Made by a program: the position numbers and the translations under genes
NCBI GenBank assembly: GCA_045652665.1
Contig: JAZRUS010000072.1
Location: forward strand, 10,121 to 74,120
Source: Eubacteriales bacterium
GTDB lineage: Bacteria; Bacillota; Clostridia; Oscillospirales; CAG-272
DNA length: 64,000 nt
Reading direction: 5' to 3'
Notes under the pieces: model-generated
The model's input: the letters and a program-made list of their open reading frames with translations, nothing else
Told to the model about the DNA's origin: nothing
Database searches by the model: none
Part shown: positions 57,483 to 64,000 of the stretch, piece after piece
Position numbering within the stretch: the stretch's first letter is position 1
Layout: every line of letters starts with the position of its first letter

Positions 57483-59624
57483 ATGAAGGTGAATTTCAAG
57501 AGCATACTTATGCTCATTTTCCTTGTTGTGTCTGTATTGCTTGCGGTGACGTTCTTTACAAATAATTTGAACAGACCCGAGGAGCTTACTTACGGCAAGG
57601 TGCTTGATAAGTTTGAGAATGACGACGTAATTGAGTTTACGATCGACGGCGAGCTCAACTTAATTTTATATACAAGAAAGGAGATATCTCCCGGAGTATA
57701 TGAAACTCAGGTAGTAAACGGTGAGACAGTTTACGTAAGAGAAAAATATGAGTATAAGCTTAGCTACGCCTTCCAGCTTGAGGCGATAACGGATAAGGCA
57801 AACGAGGTTAGGGAATCCGGCGGAACGACCCTGCAGGATTACAATATTGAGAGAGCGGCCGAGACTCCTTGGTACGTTGCATACCTTCCTTATATTATTC
57901 TTGCCGTTCTTTTCGGCGGCCTTTGGTTCTTTATTATGCGTCAAGCACCGGGTGGCGGAGGCAAGATCAATTCCTTCTCCAAATCGAAGGCTAAGGTTGC
58001 CGTAAATGACAAGGATGCCGTGAAATTTGCGGATGTTGCAGGTGCTGATGAGGAAAAAGCAGAGCTTGAGGAAGTCGTCGAATTTTTGAAGGATCCTTCA
58101 AAATTCGTTAAGCTTGGCGCCCGCATTCCGCGCGGCGTGCTTCTGGTCGGACCTCCCGGTACGGGTAAAACGCTTCTTGCAAAGGCTGTTGCAGGTGAGG
58201 CGGGCGTTCCGTTCTTCTCGATCTCTGGATCGGATTTCGTTGAAATGTATGTCGGTGTCGGAGCATCCCGTGTAAGGGATTTGTTCGATAATGCGAGAAA
58301 AACTCCGGCAAGCATCATATTTATTGATGAAATAGATGCAGTTGGACGTCACAGAGGCGCAGGCCTTGGAGGCGGACACGACGAGAGAGAGCAGACGTTA
58401 AACCAGCTTCTCGTTGAGATGGATGGTTTTGGCACGAATTCCGGAGTCATCGTTATGGCGGCTACAAACCGACCTGATATTCTTGACCCGGCGCTTCTTC
58501 GTCCCGGCAGATTTGACAGGCGCGTTACTGTAAATTACCCCGATATGAAGGGCAGAGAAGAGATCCTCAAGGTTCACTGCCGCAATAAGCCCCTTGAAGC
58601 GTCTGTCGACCTTGGAAAGATCGCGCAAACCACGATCGGCTTCACCGGCGCTGAGCTTGCAAATCTTATGAACGAAGCGGCACTACGAGCCGCAAAGAAA
58701 AATAAGGCGCTTATCGGTATGGAGGATATTGAGGAGTCTTATATGAAGCTTCTTCTCGGTCCTCAGAAAAAGAAAAATATGCGTACCGCGGATGATAATA
58801 GACTTTGTGCATATCATGAGGCAGGACACGCGGTTGCTTCGTATTACTGTAAACACACCGACCCCGTGAAGCATATCACCATTATTCCTGCAGGCTCTGC
58901 GGGCGGCGTTACTATCAGTGTTCCGACTGAGGATAGAATGGTTACGTCCCGCAATGAAATGCTTGACAGAATCGTTCTCGCGCTTGGCGGCAGAGTTGCC
59001 GAAGAGATTGTTCTCGACGATATCTCGACAGGCGCGTCAAACGATATTCAGCAGGCAACTGCTATTGCGCGTAATATGGTTACCCGCTACGGTATGAGCT
59101 CAAAGCTCGGTACTGTTCTTTACGGCTCTGAGCATTCGTCCGACGAGGTATTCCTCGGCAGAGATTTCTCATCCGGTAAGAACTACTCCGAGAAGACCGC
59201 ATCCGAGATCGACGAGGAGATCCGCGCAATAATTTCCGACTGTTATAAGACCTGTACGAAGCACCTCAGTGACAATATAGGTAAGCTCCATTTCATTGCC
59301 GAGTTTCTCCTGAAGAATGAGTCGATGGACGATGAGCAGTTTAAGGCTGCTATGGAAGCAGAGAATCCCACTATTGAGTATATCGAATCGATAGCAGAGG
59401 AAAAGAAGCGCAAGAGTGACGAAGAAAACAAGACCGCTCACGAGAATAATGAAAGGGCGGCAGAGGAGGAACGTCGTAAGGCTGAGGAAGAAAACGAGAA
59501 GAGAAAAGAAGAAATGGCAAAGACGGGCAAATTCCCGGTTGACGATTTCTTCAACTCTGTCTTTAACGTTCCTGAAGATAATGATAAAACCTCGGATGCC
59601 GAGGATGAAAACAAAGCAGAATGA
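57483..59624 (+). CDS. ftsH: ATP-dependent zinc metalloprotease FtsH
   Basis: 713 aa with two TM helices, [17 protein letters not shown], and HEAGHAV. The C-terminal tail of about 90 aa is strongly charged (E/K-rich). Confidence 0.97.
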   Translation: MKVNFKSILMLIFLVVSVLLAVTFFTNNLNRPEELTYGKVLDKFENDDVIEFTIDGELNLILYTRKEISPGVYETQVVNGETVYVREKYEYKLSYAFQLEAITDKANEVRESGGTTLQDYNIERAAETPWYVAYLPYIILAVLFGGLWFFIMRQAPGGGGKINSFSKSKAKVAVNDKDAVKFADVAGADEEKAELEEVVEFLKDPSKFVKLGARIPRGVLLVGPPGTGKTLLAKAVAGEAGVPFFSISGSDFVEMYVGVGASRVRDLFDNARKTPASIIFIDEIDAVGRHRGAGLGGGHDEREQTLNQLLVEMDGFGTNSGVIVMAATNRPDILDPALLRPGRFDRRVTVNYPDMKGREEILKVHCRNKPLEASVDLGKIAQTTIGFTGAELANLMNEAALRAAKKNKALIGMEDIEESYMKLLLGPQKKKNMRTADDNRLCAYHEAGHAVASYYCKHTDPVKHITIIPAGSAGGVTISVPTEDRMVTSRNEMLDRIVLALGGRVAEEIVLDDISTGASNDIQQATAIARNMVTRYGMSSKLGTVLYGSEHSSDEVFLGRDFSSGKNYSEKTASEIDEEIRAIISDCYKTCTKHLSDNIGKLHFIAEFLLKNESMDDEQFKAAMEAENPTIEYIESIAEEKKRKSDEENKTAHENNERAAEEERRKAEEENEKRKEEMAKTGKFPVDDFFNSVFNVPEDNDKTSDAEDENKAE

Positions 59625-59948
59625 TAAAGTTCTTTTGTGCCTAGCTTGGATTTAAGATGACGCGCTAATTGTCAACATTTATGGTATAAAGTTGAATAGA
59701 GTTCCAATAAGGGATACAGGATCAGCAAGAGGACGAAGCGAAGCGGAGTCCTCTTTCTGCTCGTGCAGGGTGTTTTGGAGGGAGAAAATAAAATGCTGTT
59801 GCGAAAACGATTAAATCTGAGGAAAATGTAAGCTCTTTTGTTTGTCGTCAAGACTTTATCTTTGTTCGCAAAATAAACAAATCAAAACTTGAATAATTGT
59901 TTATGTATACAAATATTTCTTTTTTAGATTCTTTTTTAATGTTTTATA

Positions 59949-59977
59949 TTGACATCTAAAATAGAATATTTTATAAT
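59949..59977 (+). promoter_or_regulatory. perfect consensus sigma-A promoter for the large orphan gene
   Basis: TTGACA (59949-59954), exactly 17 nt, TATAAT (59972-59977). The TTG start at 59949 in the ORF track is the -35 box itself. Confidence 0.65.
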
Positions 59978-59990
59978 AAGTGTGTGTAAG

Positions 59991-60026
59991 TGGGAGCATA
60001 TACCCTGTACGTGCTTCCAGTTTTTT
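59991..60026 (+). promoter_or_regulatory. terminator-like hairpin in the leader, directly after the promoter
   Basis: TGGGAGCA (59991-59998) pairs with TGCTTCCA (60012-60019): 8 bp including one G-U, with a 13-nt loop. G plus TTTTTT (60021-60026) follows. It lies about 33 nt upstream of the ATG. Confidence 0.45.
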
Positions 60027-60059
60027 CAGTATATTAACAACATTAAGGAGAAAAACAAA

Positions 60060-63000
60060 ATGAGAAGATTACCCAAAATTCTCGCATTGCTTCTCACCGT
60101 TTGTCTGGCTTTTGCCGTTATTGCGGTCATTGCGGTTGCGCTCGACCCGTCTGCGACAACGGATCACGGCGTAGCTGATGACTATGAGGATTGGGAGCCC
60201 GGTACTGATTATACCAACGGATTCCCATCTGCTTCAAATTCTGCAGGTAATTATAGCTCGTTGAAGGTTGTTCACAACGAGAAAAGTGATAACAATTATA
60301 TTCAGTTCGTTTATAAGAAGTCTTCAACCAAAAAATACACTAGAGAATATAAGTTCTCACCTACAAACGATCTTTCTGCCTATTCGTATTACACGGTTGA
60401 CTTTGACGTTTGTGCAGATCAGTACTTATATGAGTTGAACGGTGAGACTCAGATGTCCCGCAATGTTCCCGACGGTGCGGAGAACGTGAGGCTTTCATAC
60501 AGCGAGGAAACCAGTTTTTCTCTTGACAACCGTCCGTGTAAACAGTCTGGTATAACAATAACGTCTGGAAAGGACTATTACTCCTTATGCATTGGGTTTG
60601 TGTATGATGGAAGTAACTGGAGGATACAACTCGACCAGAAAGATACAGGTTATACGCTTCCTAATAGGCTGGATGTCTGGTCGCACTTTACGTACGCTGT
60701 TGAGACAAGGTATGAGAATAGCTCGTACGGTTACTCAAAGGTTCGTGTCTACTTTAACGGTGGCCTTCTCGGCACCAGTTATATATTTATGAAAGATAGT
60801 ACGAAGGCAAATGCGGTTATAGTTAAACCTCGCGCGATAGAATGGAGTATAAATAAGACCAACATACCATACTCTATGGGCATTGATAACTTCACTCCAA
60901 CCTTCTACTATAAGGGTTATACGTCCGGTAATTCATACGGAATAGACGATCTCTTTGCCGATGAGAATAAAAATGTGTCGATTGTATACTGCGAGGACGT
61001 AATTTATTCCGCCAGCTATGCGCAGCCCGGCAACCCTTACTTCTCAGTAGATACAGGAACCACAAAGTGGTACATTCCTTACTTAAAAGACGAAATACTT
61101 TCTAAACTTAAAAATGGTGCAGTCATAGAGACTTGCATGGATATTTCCGATTATACTCCTCCTGAAAATGTTGACAATTTTGATGTCTACCTTCTTGATG
61201 GTGCTACGTTCTCGCTTTCCAAATCAGCACTTCAGAAGTACGTGATTGAATCCTCTGCTATCGGCTATTCTGTTTCAAGGATCAGTAACGAGAAAGCGAT
61301 TACACTCAAGTGGTATGATGCAAAAGGCGGAGCTGTCGTCAAAGAGGAGCTCCTCACACCCGGCGTTGTTCCGAGATTTGGCACCGAAACAATCGGCAAG
61401 ATCGATTACGAGAACAAAAACGTAACGACGTACAACATTGAAAAATGGATGTGGGATATCGACGGCGAGAATACATATTTTTCCCCTGTTGACATTCATG
61501 CACTTACGCTTGACGATATAAATCTTATCAAACAAACTTGCGGCGGCGTATTGGAAGCATATCCTGTCATCGATACCGGTGTTACACCCGTTGCTGAGCC
61601 TCTCGCATATTCTATTTCCTACCTGAAAGGCGATGTCAGAATAGGCTTTGCAGATACAAATGGCACTTACGATGCTTATAAGGATATTACAACGTTTGCA
61701 GAGCAGGTTTCTAATGCTCCCGATAATGCAATAGTCTGCATGTATGCCGATGCTACCACTGATGCTACGATAACCCTTGGTGCAGAGCATACAATGTATA
61801 TCGACCTCTGTGGTAATAATCTTAAAAACCTTTCGGGCAAAGCATTCGACCTTGCAAACGGATCTAATCTCTATATATATTCATCCGTCGCAGGGGCGAA
61901 AGTTTCGGCACCTACAGCGTTCTATGCCTGCCGTGCGAACTTCAACAATTGCAATGTTTACCTTGGCAAATACGGCGAATATGATGGCGCGAATGTATCC
62001 TTCGAGGCGGCAACGCTCTTTGAAATCAAAACTCCTTATACAGGAGCGAACGACGATCAACCGATCAATATTACGATTGACGGATCTGATGTTTCCGGAG
62101 CATTTGTATTCGGCGCGCCCGATATCAACCTTTCCGTGAATTCTGCTAATATGAGTGTAGAGGATATTCTCATTAACTGTGATCTTGAATATGAGGTGTT
62201 CAATGGGATTGAGGCAGATATTTCCGTTAACGGTGGACTTATTGATGCTTCCTACGTTATTGGTAATTTCCCCGAAAACTGCACGCTCGAGCTTAACGGC
62301 GTCAAGGTTATCGGACATATTGATTCCTCTGAGTACGTTCAGGAGGGAACTGTTCTTGTCGGTGAGGGCTGTGCCTTTACAAACGACGTAAGAGTTGACG
62401 GCGGTATGCTCACTCTAGATGAAAATCTTGCGTTTGCTATTTCAGATAAAGATATGACTGCAAGCGGTCATGACTTTAGAGCTACACTTCTTGTCTTCGA
62501 TCTTACCGATTATGACGAATCGGAGTATACACTTGCAGTTTGGAATGACGCTAAAGGAAACAAGTTCAAAGAAGCATATTATCACACTACCGTCAGCGCG
62601 GTGTCTCACCCCGATGTATATGCAATGAGCGATAAGTCAAAATTCCCGACTACCGACCTCAAAAACGGATGGTACGATCTTGGATATTCCAGCTGGAAAA
62701 ACACCGCTGAGGGTAGTGTAAACAATGCTATCGTGCACGGCGTCAAGAACGTATTTGCTCCCGTTTACGGCGGTGTTGTTCCCAGTGTTGACTATCTTGT
62801 TAACGCATCTCTTCGCAACACTGACGTAGCTCTTAACTTTTACTTGAAGATACCCGCTCCTGATAGCGGAATCGCGATTGAAGGCTTCTTTGTTTCGGTT
62901 GAAGGACAGAAGATAGAAGCAACTCTAGGTCAGGATTTTGCAGGCGCAGAGGGTTATTACGCATACGAGCTTGCTCTTGATCTCGCCTCCTTTGAAACTA

Positions 63001-63830
63001 GATATGCATATATTACGTTTACCGTAAGCGGTTACGACGGAAATGGTGACGGCGAGATTACCGATTCGGATGAAGACAAGGTTACGCTTTACAAGGAAAT
63101 TGAGGTTGACTTTATGACCTATGCCGAGACAGCTGTTGAGATCAGTGCGTGTGGTTCGGATGCTTCTAAGCTCATCTTCGACCTTGTTCAGTATAAGTAT
63201 ACTGCATATCGTGCATCTCTTGGAGATGATAGCGAGGAAGAGTCCGAGATAGATATCAGAGTGGCTAATTTCTTCAATGTTCATGGCAAGGGATGCAATT
63301 GCAGAACGAACCTTGACTCTATTGTGTTGCCCGAGGAAGAAACAAGAGCAACGATAGAGAAAAGCGGAGCTCTTAAAAACGTTGTTTCCGAGGCGGGCTT
63401 CACCCTTGTTGACGGAAAACCCACCCTTTGCTTCTACGTAAATAAAGATGTTGAAATCAAATCCTTCTCAGTTAAGCTTAAGGGTCTTGAGCATCAGCTT
63501 GGCGGTTGGGACTACATCAACCATAAGTATACCTGCGATATGGAACGCGTTGATAACGTTATCATTGACGGAACCGAATATGCAGTTTACGTATACCCGG
63601 ATCTTCTTCTCTGTAATGCAGCTTCAATTATGAATATCACTGTTGAGGCTGTTACTACTCCTGCTTCCGAGGGCGTAGACGAGGTTTGCGAGGTTCTCAC
63701 AGGCAGCTACTCGCTTGCGGCGTTTATTCAGAGCGGAGCAGGTGAGCAGGTTGAACTTGCGAAGGCACTCTATGCGGCTTCTAAATCTGCCCTTGAGTAT
63801 AGATATATAAGAGACGGAGAAGCAGCATAA
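60060..63830 (+). CDS. large (1256 aa) N-terminally membrane-anchored extracytoplasmic protein of unknown function
   Basis: The ATG at 60060 follows AAGGAG. Signal-anchor MRRLPKILALLLTVCLAFAVIAVIAVAL. A LamG/ConA-like stretch (VWSHFTYAV...VRVYFNGGLLG). A middle region of irregular N/G/V-rich beta-helix-like repeats. One DGNGDGEITDSD calcium-loop-like motif. No LPXTG, SLH or choline-binding motif is visible. Confidence 0.7.
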   Translation: MRRLPKILALLLTVCLAFAVIAVIAVALDPSATTDHGVADDYEDWEPGTDYTNGFPSASNSAGNYSSLKVVHNEKSDNNYIQFVYKKSSTKKYTREYKFSPTNDLSAYSYYTVDFDVCADQYLYELNGETQMSRNVPDGAENVRLSYSEETSFSLDNRPCKQSGITITSGKDYYSLCIGFVYDGSNWRIQLDQKDTGYTLPNRLDVWSHFTYAVETRYENSSYGYSKVRVYFNGGLLGTSYIFMKDSTKANAVIVKPRAIEWSINKTNIPYSMGIDNFTPTFYYKGYTSGNSYGIDDLFADENKNVSIVYCEDVIYSASYAQPGNPYFSVDTGTTKWYIPYLKDEILSKLKNGAVIETCMDISDYTPPENVDNFDVYLLDGATFSLSKSALQKYVIESSAIGYSVSRISNEKAITLKWYDAKGGAVVKEELLTPGVVPRFGTETIGKIDYENKNVTTYNIEKWMWDIDGENTYFSPVDIHALTLDDINLIKQTCGGVLEAYPVIDTGVTPVAEPLAYSISYLKGDVRIGFADTNGTYDAYKDITTFAEQVSNAPDNAIVCMYADATTDATITLGAEHTMYIDLCGNNLKNLSGKAFDLANGSNLYIYSSVAGAKVSAPTAFYACRANFNNCNVYLGKYGEYDGANVSFEAATLFEIKTPYTGANDDQPINITIDGSDVSGAFVFGAPDINLSVNSANMSVEDILINCDLEYEVFNGIEADISVNGGLIDASYVIGNFPENCTLELNGVKVIGHIDSSEYVQEGTVLVGEGCAFTNDVRVDGGMLTLDENLAFAISDKDMTASGHDFRATLLVFDLTDYDESEYTLAVWNDAKGNKFKEAYYHTTVSAVSHPDVYAMSDKSKFPTTDLKNGWYDLGYSSWKNTAEGSVNNAIVHGVKNVFAPVYGGVVPSVDYLVNASLRNTDVALNFYLKIPAPDSGIAIEGFFVSVEGQKIEATLGQDFAGAEGYYAYELALDLASFETRYAYITFTVSGYDGNGDGEITDSDEDKVTLYKEIEVDFMTYAETAVEISACGSDASKLIFDLVQYKYTAYRASLGDDSEEESEIDIRVANFFNVHGKGCNCRTNLDSIVLPEEETRATIEKSGALKNVVSEAGFTLVDGKPTLCFYVNKDVEIKSFSVKLKGLEHQLGGWDYINHKYTCDMERVDNVIIDGTEYAVYVYPDLLLCNAASIMNITVEAVTTPASEGVDEVCEVLTGSYSLAAFIQSGAGEQVELAKALYAASKSALEYRYIRDGEAA

Positions 63831-63903
63831 AAACAGCTCAAATTAAATACATGGCTGGCTGTTGCCACAGAAACAAATAATTAAAAAAGCATAATTTGAT
63901 TGG

Positions 63904-63940
63904 AAAAAAATTGCGGCATAAAAATGCCGCAATTTTTTGT
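63904..63940 (+). terminator. intrinsic terminator after the large orphan gene
   Basis: AATTGCGGCAT (63909-63919) pairs with ATGCCGCAATT (63924-63934), followed by a T-run. Confidence 0.8.
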
Positions 63941-63956
63941 TTTGTTGATACAAAAG

Positions 63957-63990
63957 AAAACTGACATCGTACGTAAAACGATGTCAGTTT
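63957..63990 (-). terminator. probable terminator of a convergent gene lying beyond the window end
   Basis: CTGACATCGT (63961-63970) pairs with ACGATGTCAG (63978-63987). The A-rich tract on the left gives a U-tail on the minus strand. Confidence 0.45.
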
Positions 63991-64000
63991 CGAAAAATAT

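Noticed and set aside
59793-59831. A 12-codon ORF (MLLRKRLNLRKM) follows a strong GGAGGG RBS in the ftsH-to-orphan-gene gap. It is preceded by an imperfect hairpin (about 59726-59765).
   Set aside because: It lies upstream of the orphan gene's promoter and would only be transcribed by ftsH read-through. It is too short to evaluate. The hairpin is most simply a weak ftsH terminator. It would be worth a look only if ribosome profiling is available.
1-64000. I searched for rRNA, tRNA, tmRNA, SRP or RNase P RNA, CRISPR arrays, tandem repeat arrays, integrase, transposase or reverse transcriptase genes, and toxin-antitoxin pairs.
   Set aside because: None was recognised by eye in any intergenic gap or ORF. 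Apart from the metK S-box, the only structured-RNA candidates are the low-confidence ones listed above. A covariance-model scan would be needed to exclude small RNAs.

Overview
This is a chromosomal window from a mid-GC Firmicute, probably a Clostridia-class anaerobe. That placement is an inference from gene order: an mraZ-rsmH-PBP-murE-murF-mraY-ftsW-murG-ftsZ dcw cluster with a PASTA-bearing SpoVD/FtsI-type PBP, ecfA1-ecfA2-ecfT-truA, yybS-gdpP-rplI-dnaB, tilS-ftsH, and an S-box riboswitch on metK. I call about 50 protein genes. Nearly all are housekeeping: DNA repair and recombination (Lhr-like helicase, recD2, ruvABC, recG, rarA, comEC, dnaB), cell wall and division, isoprenoid synthesis (ispDF), glycolysis (PPi-type PFK), oxidative stress (hslO, a SOD-like protein, Mn catalase), plus a small AraC/PfkB-kinase/NagB-like sugar module. 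I saw no rRNA, tRNA, CRISPR array, integrase or transposase. The clearest outlier is a 2.7-kb segment at 30619-33323. It is bounded by a perfect 11-bp direct repeat and sits between the divergent ruvC and DUF951-ruvAB promoters. One start-less 886-codon frame fills it completely and resembles a fragment of a phage or conjugative-element polyvalent protein: a nuclease-like module and five R[YF]AL punctuation motifs. Secondary oddities are listed below.
- A degenerate MreB-like gene with a micropeptide lies next to an ftsZ that has no ftsA or ftsQ.
- A 247-bp element bounded by inverted repeats lies downstream of ftsZ.
- An atypical protein occupies the ftsL slot.
- An orphan 1256-aa membrane-anchored protein is driven by a consensus promoter followed at once by a terminator-like hairpin.
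- A 500-bp intergenic region contains an orphan promoter-terminator pair.
All functional calls come from motif and synteny recognition by eye. No database search was run.
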